From: Amphiscolops sp. MND2022
Taxonomy: Eukaryota
Assembly: GCA_964187785.1 (NCBI GenBank)
Contig: OZ076409.1
Location: 72,790,001-72,854,000 of the forward strand
DNA: 64,000 nucleotides
Direction of reading: 5' to 3'
The translations under genes were made by a program, and so were the position numbers. The notes beneath the pieces were generated by a model. The model worked only from the letters and a program-made list of their open reading frames with translations. It searched no databases and was not told the DNA's origin. Shown here in pieces: positions 39,701 through 54,213 of this stretch; within the stretch, counting starts at the first letter, position 1, and the number at the start of each line of letters is the position of its first letter.

Positions 39701-42700
39701 AGCGTTTTTCCGGAGCGGGGGGGTTTCATTTTTCTAACGGTCCAGCTTATCTTTGCCATTTTTTCGAAAATGTACTCGCCTAAAGGCCTCCCCTGGCCGG
39801 TTTTATTCCCAGCAAAACCATTTGGCCCTAAATACGGAGTTTCAGCGTTCCAGCATTCCCGGGCGAAAAGTTGTGGGACTTAGAAAATTTCAAAAATTTT
39901 CAAAAATTTTTTTTTCCGTTATTTGGGCCCCCAAAGTGGGGGAAAAGACCCCGCAACCAGTAAAGCAAGTGAATGCATGTGGAAAGCCCTTAGTTAGATG
40001 AGAAAAATGGCGTTTAGAACGTCTTTTTATCTTGGCTCAACGTTGTCTTATGACGTTTTGAAGGTGACCGTTAGATACGGAAAATTGATGTTTTGAGTCT
40101 TTATCCCATCTGAAAGCCACTGAGATACAACATGTTTTGCTCAAAACGTATTTCATTGCAGTTTCGCTGTCCATTAACACCCTTTGGTGTCTTTTGACGT
40201 ATTTTTCTTTTCTATAATAACATTTTTTCTGTGTATTTATTCATTTGTTTTTCATCAAATAACTTGAAACAGTTGAGTACATTCCATCTCCCTTCCCGGG
40301 GGAGATGAGAATGTACTCGCTAAAGGCCGCGAACTACGGTCTATATCTTCCCCAAAACAAAAGAGATTGAAAATTGTTTCATTTTGTGGAAAAAGTTCTT
40401 CTTTTTGTACACTGTGACTCGACAAAGTGAACGTTTCTTACCTATTTTGAAACTTCCCTCACCAAAAACCATCTCTAACGTCAGCGCCCCCCTACTTGCA
40501 TCAACGCCCCCCGTCCGTGGGCATGCCGAGGCATGCCCTTCGACGACGTATACCAAGATATACCTGGAGCGCGGTAGCCGCTAGGTGCCGGTGTTTTTTT
40601 ACACAATGGGGAAAGTTGCGCGGTTGGGGAGGGTCCCTGACGCGCTCCCGGGATTTCGGATTTTTTAACCTTTACGTACCCATCAAAAATTTTGGGATCT
40701 CGAAAACTAGCCGTACGATTTGGCTGAAATTTGGCACACGTACCCCCCTCGGCACGGTGAAGATGATTTCCTACTGACGTTTTTCCCGCTAAACATTTTT
40801 TGTTGACCAAAATAACGGTTTTTGGGGTAAAATTTTCAACTTTTTTTAAATTTCATCTTATATCTCGCCACGGGTACACGCTAGCGCTTCCAAACCTTGC
40901 TGACGAAAGTTTGCAAACTGTCTCAGGAATGCTGTGTGAAATTTTTAGCTCAATCGGACTTAAACTCGAGGAGATATAGCGTTTTTCCGGAGCGGGGGGG
41001 TTTCATTTTTCTAACGGTCCAGCTTATCTTTGCCATTTTTTCGAAAATGCACTCGCCTAAAGGCCTCCCCTGGCCGGTTTTATTCCCAGCAAAACCATTT
41101 GGCCCTAAATACGGAGTTTCAGCGTTCCAGCATTCCCGGGCGAAAAGTTGTGGGACTTAGAAAATTTCAAAAATTTTCAAAAAAATTTTTTTCCGTTATT
41201 TGGGCCCCCAAAGTGGGGGAAAAGACCCCCCAACCAGTAAAGCAAGTGAATGCATGTGCAAAGCCCTTGTCTGAACGAGAAAAATGCCGTTTAGAACGTC
41301 TTTTTATCTTGGCTCAACGTTGACTTATGACGTTTTGAAGGTGATGTTTGGAGGTGTAAAGCACGTGAATAGTAAACGTTATGAGTATTTATCTGATCTG
41401 AAAGCCATTGAGATACAATATGGTTTGCTCAAAACGTATTTCATTGCAGTTTGGCAATCAATACAACACCCTTTGTTGTTGTTTGACATACTTTTTTGTT
41501 GTTCTAATAAAAAATTTTGTGTATTTATTCATTTTTTTCTCATCAAATAACTTGGAACAGTTGAGTACATTCCATCCCCCCCTTCCGGGGGAGATGAGAA
41601 TGTACTCGCAAAAAGCACCGAACTACGGCCCTTACCTTCCCGAGCTACGCAGTATAAGGATTACATATTGGTTCCGACATTTTCATAGAGTTATATCTTG
41701 ATAATCTGTCTGGATATGCCGAAAAATCAGCACGTGCCTTTTAATACCAAGTTGCTCACAACGACAATTATTTTATATCAACGCCCCCATATTTATCAAC
41801 GCCCCCCGTCCGTGGGCATGCCGAGGCATGCCCTTCGACGACTCGCACCAAAATATGCGTTAGCGCGGTAGCCGCTAGGTGCCGGGATTTCTATTCGATA
41901 AAGTATTTTGCGCGGTTGGGTAGGGCCCCGTGAGCGCGCCAGGGGATTGTGTTAGAACAACCGGAAATTCGGCATACGATTTTGGCGATTTTCTAAACTA
42001 TCCATACGATTTGGCTCAAATTTGGCATACGGGTTCCTGAGACAGATATAAGAACTAATTCCTACTGGCGTTTTGCCCGGAAAATTTTTTTTGTTGCCCA
42101 AAATTGAAATTTTCGGCAAAAAAATGCGATTTTTTTTGAAAAATTTTTTTTGAGAGGCCATATCTTTTTTCAGGGTGCCCGGAGCGGGACGCGTTAAACT
42201 GATTATAAACTCTACGGTTCATGGGCTTTACGGAGAACCTAAGCTCGTTTCGCTCGGACAAATAGTCTTGGAGATATAACGGGATTTTTCGGGAATTTTT
42301 TGGAAATTTTTCTAACGGTCCAGCTTATCTTTGCCATTTTTTCGAAAATGTACTCGCCTAAAGGCCTCCCTTGGCCGGTTTTAATCCCAGCAAAACCATT
42401 TGGCCCTAAATACGGAGTTTCAGCGTTCCAGCATTCCCGGGCGAAAAGTTGTGGGACTTCGAAAAATTTCAAAATTTTTCAAAAATTTTTTTTCCGTTTT
42501 CCGCCCTCCCCCCGAGGGGAAAAGACCCCCCAACCAGTAATTTGAGTGAATTCATGTGGAAAGGCCATGTTTAGAGGAGAAAAATGCCGTTTAGATCGTC
42601 TTTTTATTTTAACCTGTCGTTGACTTATGTTGTTTTGAAGGTGATGTTTGGATGTGTGAAGCATGTGAAAAGGTAATTTATTGTGTCTTTAGCTCTTCTA

Positions 42701-45700
42701 AAAGCCATTGAGATACAAGGTGTAGCACTCAGAACGTGTTTAATTCTAAATTAGCAATGCATCAACACTTTTTGTGTCTTTGGACTCTGTTAAAAAATTT
42801 TTTCCGACTAAAATCAAAAATTATTTATAATTATTCACATTTTTTTCTGATCTCATGACTCGAAACAGTTGAGTACATTCCATCTCCCTTCCCGGGGGAG
42901 ATGAGAATGTACTCTCTAAAGACCAGGTACTACAGTACTTACCTTCCCCGAGCAACGCCCCATAAAAATTGCGTTTTGATCATTCTATTTTGACATAATT
43001 CTATCTTTGTAATTTGACTGGAAATGAAGAAAATCCGCACGTGCTCTTTTATATCAAGTATCTTAACAACGCCATCTCTTTAACGTCAACGCCCCATAGT
43101 TCACATCAACGCCCACCGTCCGTGGGCATGCCGAGGCATGCCCTTCGACGACGTATGCCAAAGATATTCCCGAGCGCGTTAGCCTAGGTGCCGGGATTTC
43201 TATTCGATAAGGAATTTTGCGCGGTTGGGTAGGGCCCCGTGAGCGCGCCAGGGGATAGTGTTAGAACAACAAGGATTTGGGCATCAGTTGGGAGCGATTT
43301 TCTAAACTATCCGTACGATTTGGCTGAAATTTGGCATGAAGCTTCCTTGGAACATTCTAAGAACAAATCCCTACTGGCGTTTTGCTGGGAAAAATCAAAA
43401 AGTTGGTCAAAAATGCGATTTTCCGACAAAATTTTTGACTTTTTTTTCTTTTTCAACTCATATCTCGCCACAGGGTTACGCTAGCGCTTCGCAACCTATG
43501 ATCGTGTTTTGTAGGGCGTTGTCTGTAGAACACGTATGCCAAATTTGGTGGCGATCGGACTTGAACTCAGCGAGTTAGAGCGATTTTTTAGGTGAATTTT
43601 TTGACATTTTTTGCATTTGCCGATTTATCTCTGCCGTTTTTGCCCAGATTTTTTTTTGAGACCCTCTCCTAAAGACCTCCCCTGGCCGGTTTACCTCCCA
43701 GCAAAACCATTTGGCCCTAAATACGAAGTTTCAGCGTTCTAGCAATCCCGGGCGAAAAGTTATGGGACTTAGAAAATTTTTTCGAAAACGCAAAATGTGT
43801 AAAGTCAACTTCAGGCCTCCCAAAGTCAAGGAACTTCCACACAACTAGTATTGCAAGTGAATGCATGTGGAAAGTACTCTAATAGACGAGGATAATGCGC
43901 TATAGAACGACTCTGTAGCTTAACCTGACGTTGACTTATGGTGTTTTGAATGTGGGCTTGCTAAGGGGTCTGAAAATCAAAAATTGAAAATGGAAACTAA
44001 GTCTTATTGAAAACTCACCGGAATCCTTGCAATCGGCCCCAGGGCGTGCTCAATTGTAGTTTTCCATTCTGTCAACACCACTCAAGGTCTTTTGACTTAT
44101 GTTGAAAAAATTGACACCGTATTATGTATCATTCATTCGATAGCACGAAACAGTTGAGTACATTCCATCTCCCTTTCGGGGGAGATGAGAATGTACTCGC
44201 TAAAGTCCAGGTACTACAGCCCATTTTTCTTTTGATGCAACGCTCTTTATGCTAGTGCGCACAAGTATTATTCTTTTAACAGAATTTTCTTTTTAACTGC
44301 AGTTTGACTTGGACTTGACATAAACTAAACGTTTTTGTCCCTACAACATACACATGACTAACGTCAACGCCCCATCCTTGCATCAACGCCCACCGTCCGT
44401 GGGCATGCCGAGGCATGCCCTTCGACGACGTATGCCCTCACAATCGCGGTAGCCGCTAGGTGCCGGGATTTCTATTCGATAAAGTATTTTGCGCGGTTGG
44501 GTAGGGCCCCGTGAGCGCGCCAGGGGATTGTGTTAGAACAACCGGAAATTCGGCATACGATTTTGGCGATTTTCTAAACTATCCATACGATTTGGCTCAA
44601 ATTTGGCATACGGGTTCCTGAGACAGATATAAGAACTAATTCCTACTGGCATTTTGCCCGGAAAATTTTTTTTGTTGCCCAAAATTGAAATTTTCGGCAA
44701 AAAAATGCGATTTTTTTTGAAAAATTTTTTTTGAGAGGCCATATCTTTTTTCAGGGTGTCCGGAGCGGGACGCGTTAAACTGATTATAAACTCTACGGTT
44801 CATGGGCTTTACGGAGAACCTAAGCTCGTTTCGCTCGGACAAATAGTCTTGGAGATATAACGGGATTTTTCGGGAATTTTTTGAAAATTTTTCTAACGGT
44901 CCAGCTTATCTTTGCCATTTTTTCAAAAATGCACTCGCCTAAAGGCCTCCCCTGGCCGGTTTTATTCCCAGCAAAACCATTTGGCCCTAAATACGGAGTT
45001 TCAGCGTTCCAGCATTCCCGGGCGAAAAGTTGTGGGACTTAGAAAAATTTCAAAATTTTTCAAAAAATTTTTTTCCGTTTTCCGTCCTCCCCCCCGAGGG
45101 GAAAAGACCCCCCAACCAGTAATTTGAGTGAATTCATGTGGAAAGGCCATGTTTAGAGGAGAAAAATGCCGTTTAGATCGTCTTTTTATTTTAACCTGTC
45201 GTTGACTTATGTTGTTTTGAAGGTGATGTTTGGATGTGTGAAGCATGTGAAAAGGTAATTTATTGTGTCTTTAGCTCTTCTAAAAGCCATTGAGATACAA
45301 GGTGTAGCACTCAGAACGTGTTTAATTCTAAATTAGCAATGCATCAACACTTTTTGTGTCTTTGGACTCTGTTAAAAAATTTTTTCCGACTAAAATCAAA
45401 AATTATTTATAATTATTCACATTTTTTTCTGATCTCATGACTCGAAACAGTTGAGTACATTCCATCTCCCTTCCCGGGGGAGATGAGAATGTACTCTCTA
45501 AAGACCAGGTACTACAGTACTTACCTTCCCCGAGCAACGCCCCATAAAAATTGCGTTTTGATCATTCTATTTTGACATAATTCTATCTTTGTAATTTGAC
45601 TGGAAATGAAGAAAATCCGCACGTGCTCTTTTATATCAAGTATCTTAACAACGCCATCTCTTTAACGTCAACGCCCCATAGTTCACATCAACGCCCACCG

Positions 45701-45769
45701 TCCGTGGGCATGCCGAGGCATGCCCTTCGACGACGTATGCCAAAGATATTCCCGAGCGCGTTAGCCTAG

Positions 45770-47962
45770 GTGGAGGTTATTTTATAATAATTAATGTGTT
45801 TTTTTCCGGAGTTTGTGGCTTTGGAAAAAACAAAAGGCGAGAAATCGGGCACTCCGGGCTGAACCGTATACACTCAAATTTCGCCCATTTTTTATACGAT
45901 CTCGAAACTCAGCCGTACGATTTGGCTGAAAATTTGCATGCGGCTACAAATTGAGATTCTAAGAACTATTTCCTGGTGACATTTTTTTGAAATTTTTGTG
46001 TACGTTTCCCCCCCGCCCCCTAAAGGGGCCAATTTTCCCCACTTTTGCACTTATGAGTCAAATTCTCAAAACTGGTGGATCTGAGCGTATTCCCGCCGGG
46101 GACAACTTTTAACAAGCGCTCCTCAGTAGACCTTCATGACTTTTTACTTTGGTGGTACGTTCACCCCCCGAGGAGGAAATTGCGTTTTTGTGACTTCCGG
46201 TCGAGGCTTTTTTCACCCAAAAATTAGATTTAAGCCAGTTTTGAGCAGGAAGGAGTGGATTTAAAGTGCCTGTACCCTGCTAAAAATTTGTTGGGCTTGT
46301 AGCGATATATCTCATACCAAGTCTGGTTTTCACCCCCAAACCCCCCTTGAGACCAAAATTCACCCAAAGTTTTTTACCTCTGTTTGTAGTTTTTTTACCG
46401 AATATCGTCATTTCCATGGGTAAGGAGTTGAATTAGGGGCTCCTAATAGGGTACCAATGTTCAAGTACACTTGCAGTGCAACTGATTGACCCTTTTTGGG
46501 CCTCTCCTGTGTTCGGCAAGGACCGGAAGCGGTGTAACCCCCCCTTTTTTGACGTTTGTTGACCTTGAGACTCGCGCTTAGATGACGTTTATGTCGCGCG
46601 AATCCTACAAACAAGTATTAGGATGACATGCTAGCCAACTAGAGAGCAGTAAGGGAAACAATATTATACCGGAAGTAACCCCCCGTGACCGGAAGTTGTC
46701 ATTTTTGACCGCAAATGGTCCAAAACCTAGCGTAAAAGCAGTTTTTCATTGCTTTTAAAGTCAACTTCTTACATTTTTCAATCTGCGCGAGCTTTTCTTC
46801 AGGTTCGTTTTTGTTGCCAGTGCACAGCAACGAATATACAACTGTAAAATTTTCGCTATAAAATTGTCGGAGAGAGAAATAACGGATTATTTGGACTTTT
46901 TTTCAAAAATATTAGTCTACATCTGTCATTTTTACCCAATGTTACTCAACAGTAGAACCACAGGTTTTATTCTCTGCCCAAAAATATGCCTAACAAATTC
47001 ACCTGTCCCTTTGGTTGCAGTTTGAGCATTCTAGCTTTACCTGGTCACAAGTTAGGGGACTTGAAATAGTTTCAAAAATTTTTCCGAAAAATTTTTCTAA
47101 ACGTCATGTCTCCCAAAGTTAAGAAACTTCCGCACAACTAGGATTACAAGTGAATGCACGTGGTAAGACCTATAATTGGAGAGAAAAATTCAGTTTGGAA
47201 CGTCTCTTTATCGTAACGTGACGTTAAGAGAAGTTGCTTTGAATGCGAGCTTGATGAGACGTCGAGAAGTAACAGTGTGTAAATGGAACCTATGTCTCGA
47301 CAAATACTCATCGGAATACATGAGATGAACCCCAATTACCCTCAATTTCAGTTGCCTAGTACAACAACGTCTTCCAAGGACCCTTTAATCTTTTTGATAA
47401 GCGTTGAAGTCATCATTAGCTTGAGTTCGCAAGAAACAATTGAGTACATTCTCATCTCTCCCCATCGGGTGAGATGAGAATGTTTTTGCTAAAAGCCAGG
47501 TACTACGGCCCAATTTTGTTTTATTGCGACGCATTCTGTGCTTTAGCACATAGATACTTTTATTCCGTCTCACTTTTTGTATACACTCTGATTTGTTGTT
47601 ATAAATTTCTCGTCATTACTTTACATAAACTAATTACCATAAAACTTTAACGTCAAAGCCACATTCATTTAGACGCCCACCATTCCGTAGGTATGCCGAG
47701 GTATGCCATTCAAAGATGTATGTCAAACGCAAATGCGATAAAATTAGTGCTGAAAATCGGAAACAGTGACAAACAGTTTTGACTTTTTGATATTTGTTAG
47801 GTTTTCATATGGAACTTACACATCACTGACAATTCAAAACATTCCAGCTGACGCTCACATACAAACATCAACGCCCACCGTCTGTGGGCATGCCGAGGCA
47901 TGCCCTTCGACGACGTATAGCAAATTCCTTTAATATCTACACCCAATTGCGGTAGCAGCTAG
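45770..47962 (+). repeat. Long cassette type L2 (2193 bp)
   Basis: Head GTGGAGGTTATT, CCGGAAG-rich module, degenerate core, type A hairpin and two palindrome blocks. Diverged paralogue of the next unit. Confidence 0.9.
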
Positions 47963-50142
47963 GTGGAGGTTATTATATATCAATTAAAGTGTTTTTTTCC
48001 GGAGTTTGTGGCTTTGGAAAAAACAAAAGGCGAAAAATTGGGCACTCCAGGCTGAACCTAAAAACACCCTAAAATTGGCCCGATTTTTTTACGATCTCGA
48101 AACCCAGCCGTACGATTTGGCTGAAAATTTGCATGTGGCTCCTAATCAATGAGTAATGAAAAAGTGTAGGAGTGACTTTTCCTGAAAAAATTGTTTTTGT
48201 TGCACTTTTTGCGCAATTTTTGACCGATTGTTGCGTTTTTTATGTCACTTTTGACTTTTCAGGCCAAAAACTCATAGATGCTTTGATCCTAGCGCATCAA
48301 GTGTTTCGACCAAAAAGTTGCAGCATGTTCTTTTACGTATGTTGGGAAATTTTGGTTGCCATCGTATCACCCCCCACTGAGATAGAGGGTAACTTCCGGT
48401 GGATTTTACCACCCTAAAAACGAGGACCTCCTAAATTTCAGCATGAAGCGGTAGTTTTAGCGTTCTCATACCCTGCTGAAGTTTTGTTGGGCATATTGAG
48501 ATATACCTGATACCATGTGTTCAGTTCACCCCCCATCACCCCCTGGACCGGAAATGAACTTTTTTGTGCACTTTCATACCGGAAGTCTCCAATTAAGCCG
48601 TTAAGCAGTCCTTGTACGAGCAACTACCAGGACATCAAAATTGAAGTACCACCTGAGGTCAACTTAATGACTACGTGCTGTCCAGTCCGGGGGTCCGCTA
48701 TGACCGGAAATGGGGTCAAAACCCCCCTTTTTGGTTGTTTTTTACCAATTCGACTAGTGTTTGGTCCACATTCAAGTCACATAAGTCAATTGAACAAGTG
48801 TGAGAATAAACTGTATGTTCACTGCGTAGATGTAACTGACACTGACAGATACCGGAAGTAACCCCCCGTAACCGGAAGTTGTCATTTTTGACCGGAAATG
48901 GTCCAAAATGTAGCGTAAAATCAGTTTTTCACTGCTTTTTGAAGTCAACTCAATACATTTTCAATCTTGGCGATCTTGTATTCAGGTTCGTTTTTGTTAC
49001 CTGTGCACTTTGCAACAAATATACATCTGTAAAGTTTTCTCCATAATATCGTCGGATAGAGAAATAACGTGTTTTTGGGACTTTTTTCAAAAATTTTAGA
49101 CTATATCTGTCTTTTTTACCCAAAGTTATTCAACAGTACAACCACAGTGGTTAGACTCTGTCCAAATATATGTCAAACAAAACTATTTGGCCCATTGGCC
49201 TCAGTTTGAGCGTTCCAGCTTTGCGTGGTCATAAGCTATGGAACTTGAAAAAAAGTCAAACTTTTTTCAAAAAAAAATTTCTCACATTCATGTCTCCCAA
49301 AGTGAAGAGACTTCCACACAACTAGGATTGCAAGTGGATGCCTGTGGCAAGCCGTATAATTAAAGAGAAAAATGCCGCAAAGAACCTCTTTATATCGTAA
49401 CTTGACGTTAACGTATGGTAATTTGAATGAGAGCTTGATAAGAGGTCGAGAAGTCAAAGTGTGTAAATGGAACGTATGTCTCGTCGAAAACTCATAAGAA
49501 TACATGCTGTGAACACCAATTATCATCAATTGCAGTTGTCTAGTGTAACAACGTCTTTCAGGGACATTTTAACCATTTTCATAAGTGCCAGATGTTTTTT
49601 TAAATTCAATTAGCGAGAAACACTTGAGTACATTCTCATCTCTCCCCAGCGGGTGAGATGAGAATGTTCTTGCTAAAAGCCAGGTACTACGGCCCACTAT
49701 TGTTTTAATGCGACGCATTCTGTGCTGAAGCACATAGATATTTTTATTTCGTCTGACTTCTCGTATACACTCTGACTTGTTATTGTAAATTTCTCGTCAT
49801 TACTTTACATAAACTTACTACGATACAACATTGACGTCAACTCCACATACATTTAGACGCCCACCTTTCCGTAGGTATGCCGAGGCATGCCTTTCGACGA
49901 CGTGTGTCAAAGCGCAAACGCGATAAAAAGTGCTGAAATTCTGAAACAGTGACAAACAATTTTGATTATTTGACATATGGTAGGTTTTTATATGAAACGT
50001 ACACATCACTGACATTTCACAACATTCCAGCTGACGCCCACATACCAATGTCAACGCCCACCGTCCGTGGGCATGCCGAGGCATGCCCTTCGACGACGTA
50101 TGCCAATTTTGTATATCTACACCCAATTGCGGTAGCAGCTAG
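47963..50142 (+). repeat. Long cassette type L2' (2180 bp)
   Basis: Colinear with 45770-47962 but clearly diverged. Confidence 0.9.
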
Positions 50143-51413
50143 GTGGCCGGAAATTTTTTTTTCATCAAAATCTTTGCCATTGGGGGAGGGGCCCCGGATG
50201 GCCAGTAGTACGGGATAGCTTCCTACCAAATCCAGATGGAAAAAACGTGATTTCGGAAACTAGCCGTCAGAATTTGCTCAAATTTTGCATACGGCTTCCT
50301 ATGACAATCCTAAGAACTAATCCCTACTGGCATTTTGCCCAAAAAACGCAAAAAGTTGGTCAAAATCTTAGTTTTTTGGTCAAAAAATTGCGTTTTTTCG
50401 AAAAAAATTTTTTTCAGAGACAATTACTCGTAACTGGTTCACCCAGCGCAAAAACGCCTAGCTGATTTATTGTTGGGCACTTCATGAGGAGTGCGTATAC
50501 AAATTTTCGTCCAAATCGAATAAAAGTTGATTGAGAAATAACTGAAAATTTGAGGCATTTTTTTGGAAATTTTTGAAATCCCAGTCTATCTCTGCCGTTT
50601 TTTGCCCAGAATTTTTTCCAGACACTCTCCTAAAGACCTCCCCTGGCCGGTTTACCTCCCAGCAAAACCATTTGGCCCTAAATACGGAGTTTCAGCATTC
50701 CAGCAAACCCCGGGTAAAAGATAAATGACTTAGAATTTTTTCGAAAAATTTTCAAAAATTTTTTTTTCAAATTCAGGCCTCCTAAAGTAAAGAAACTTCC
50801 ACACAACTAGGATTGCAAGTGATAGCATGTGGAAAGTGCTTGAATAGACGAGAAAAATGAGCTATTATACGACTCTGTAGCTTAACCTGACGTTGACTTA
50901 TGATAATTTTAGTGTGAGCTTCGTTTGTGCTTAAAAAATTTAAAAAACCTAAAAGTCTTTTTAAGGTAATCAGGATACGTCCAATCAACCCCAGAGCTGT
51001 TATATTGCCGTTGTGTAGTAAAGCAACACCATTTAGAGTGTTTTGACCCATTTTGACAAGTTTTGATACAGTCTTGTTCATCCAATAGCTTAAAACAGTT
51101 GAGTACATTCCATCTCCCCCCTTGTGGGGGAGATGAGAATGTACTCGCTAAAAGTCAGGTACTATAGCGCCCATTTTGTTTTATTCGACGCTAGTGATGC
51201 TATTGCAGACGAATACAATAGTTTTGTCAAATCATGTTTGACATGATGAATCTTACTTTACCTTTAGTTTACGTTTACCTACTACTACAACATCGCATCC
51301 CTGACGTCAACGCCACATACTCGCACCAACGCCCACCGTCCGTGGGCATGCCGAGGCATGCCCTTCGACGACGTATGCCAAATAGCGCCACAGGGCGCAA
51401 ACTTGTCCGCTAG

Positions 51414-54213
51414 GTGGCGGGGGGCTGTCCCCAATAGAATATAGTGAGGTAGGGTAGGGTTCCCTACCGAACATTCAGTACTGAAAGACTCTTGTAGTAT
51501 GAAAATTTTTCGATGTTTTGAGACCGATTTCGGATTCCACCCGTCAGAAGTTTATGATTTTTTGGCCCCCACCCAGATTTTGGGCACTGATCGCCCCCCA
51601 CCAGGTTCCATACCCGTGGTTTCGTTGTGACGGGTACACGAGCGACCGTTAGGGGTCAATCAGGGGGTAAAATTTATAAAAGTGTGAATAACTTTTCCCC
51701 CCGTCGTTTTAGCAGGTCCGGTCACTAGTAAAGGTTTGTTGGGCATCATGCAGTGGGTACGGGGGGCCAAACAAAAATTTTCTATCATGCACCGTTACGG
51801 ACTTGGCCCCCCGCCCAAACCGCTATTTTACCGGAAATTGCACTTTTTGAACGGGAAGGAGTCGTCTGAGCGCGGAGTCGTTTGGTAATGTTTTGTAGAG
51901 CATCTGAAGACGTGGTGGGGGACATGTAGTTTGCCGACCCCAGTTTACCCCTCGGACGGGAAATGACCGTTATGTTAGTTTTAAAATTGCCCCCCGTCAA
52001 CTTTAACCGCTATTTCTGGTGTGAAGGAGTCGGAACAGCGTGTCGGGTGCTATATATCAAAAGTAGCTTTAAACAAGGACCTATCAGAAACATGTGGTTT
52101 GGGACCCTTTGAACGGACCCGTTAGCCGGAAATAGGGTGACCGCCTCCTTTTTTGGTGTTAAAACCGTAAAACGGGCATTAAAGTGAAATTATCTCGTGA
52201 ACGCGTGGAGCAATCGTGTCCATCACTCCTACAAGGTTTCATACCCATGACATGGTGTCTTCAGGGGGGCAAACAGATCAGCGCTATCTATCACCGTTAC
52301 GGACTTTGCCCCCCAGCCTAACCGCTATATTACCGGAAACTGCCCTTTTTGACCGGGAAGGAGTCGTCTGAGAGTGGAGTCGTTAAGTAATGTTTTGTAG
52401 AGCATCTAGAGACGTGTTGGGGGACATGTAGTTTGCCGACCCCTGTTTACCCCTCGGACGGGAAATGACCGTTATGTTAGTTTTAAAATTGCCCCCCGTC
52501 AACTTTAACCGCTATTTCTGGTGTGAAGGAGTCGGAATAGCGTGTCGGGTGCTACATATCAAAAGTAGCTTTAAACAAGGACCTATCAGAAACATGTGGT
52601 TTGGGACCCTTGGAACGGACCCGTTAGCCGGAAATAGGGTGACCGCCTCCTTTTTCTGCGGTTAAAATTGTAAAACGGGCATTGAAGTGGAATTATCTTG
52701 AAAACGCGTGGAGCTATAGTGTCCTTCACTACTACAAGGTTTCATACTCAAGATACGGTGCCTTCAGGGGGGAAAACAGATTACCGCTATATATCACCGT
52801 TACGGACTTGGCCCCCAGCCTAACCGCTATGTTACCGGAAATGTCATTTTTTGAGCCAAAAGGGTTAGTCCCAGCGTGGGAACGTCAGGTAACTTTATGT
52901 AGAACTCAATGAGACGAGTTGGGGGATATGGTTTCAGTCACCCCCCGTTGACCCGTTAGACCGGAAACGACCGTTATGTAGTGAAAAATGTAATTTTTAT
53001 ACTTTTTGAAGGCCATTTAGGGCAGGAAGTATCGGTAATATGTCTTTGGACAGTATACAATGAAAGTTTTGGTGTGAAACAAGCAATCTGAAATATCCGT
53101 TATTATGATTCGGAAGTCACACTAACAGCGAAAATGACCTTTATGTAGTGAAAATTTTTTTCACATTTTTTTTTTGCTTTCGATAGGTCCTTCAAGCCAA
53201 GAAGTAGCTGTATTAGGTCTTTGGCCACTTTATGATGATTGTGGTGTTGTGAGATGACCGTACGAACTTGACCTTTATAATGCCCCTGAAGTTGCTGCGG
53301 CACGAGAAATTTCAGAAAGTTTGTCTTTTCTGTGTTTTGTTGGAATAAACATTTAATTTCATTAAACCAATGTGCATTCAGGGTGTTTAGAAAGCTTCAA
53401 GAAAAGAATTTAATAGGAAACATGGCGGTGAGAAATAACAAATTGCCACGTAAATCCAACCCCCGTTGGGGAATAAATGTAATAAATTGTTTTTGGAAGT
53501 GCCAATCGACGTGTATTTGCGGATCATAGCCACGGTATTGTCTATTCGTGTTTCTTTTTGAAGACTTTGAACATTTTCACTTTATCAGCTTGAGGTTTTA
53601 ACTCTATATGCTTAATAACCGTTACAATATGATAGCCCTCAAGTTGACCTTGTGTCAACTTGAAAGGGCTATCCTTTCACAACTGCGCAGCAACAGTGTG
53701 ATTGAGTGATTTAGTTATTATCCAAGGCCAATTTGAACTTCAACAAGATTTTAACCACAATATTTAAAACTATTCATATGATTCTTTCAAAAGGGTAAAT
53801 ATTTAACTAATATTTGACAAAAAAACTCCAACCTTTAATTTGTGGACCGAATAGTAGGAAAACCATGTTTCTTAACGTTGTTGGATGAAATTCAAAATGA
53901 TGCTTTTAAAAGAATAACAATTCTTGACACTATATATTTTTTCTATTTTCCAATAAACTATTTTTCCAAAAGTCTATTTTTCCAATAAACATTGTTGATT
54001 GATGCCCATTCATAGTGACTGGAAAGTTTTACCAACTGTGGTGTTTTTTTTTAATCAGAGGTGAAACCGCTCCCTACCGTCGCATAATGTAATTCAAGCC
54101 GACGCCCACATGCCAACATCAACGCCCACCGTCCGTAGGCATGCCGAGGCATGCCTTTCGACGACGTATGCCAAATCACGCCCCTGCGAGGTCACTAAAG
54201 CGGTAGCGGCTAG
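51414..54213 (+). repeat. Long cassette type L3 (2800 bp), an L1 relative with an internal ~502-bp tandem duplication
   Basis: ACCGTTACGGACTT recurs at 51791, 52293 and 52796. The duplicated block is homologous to L1 positions ~374-849. Type B hairpin at 53631. Confidence 0.92.
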
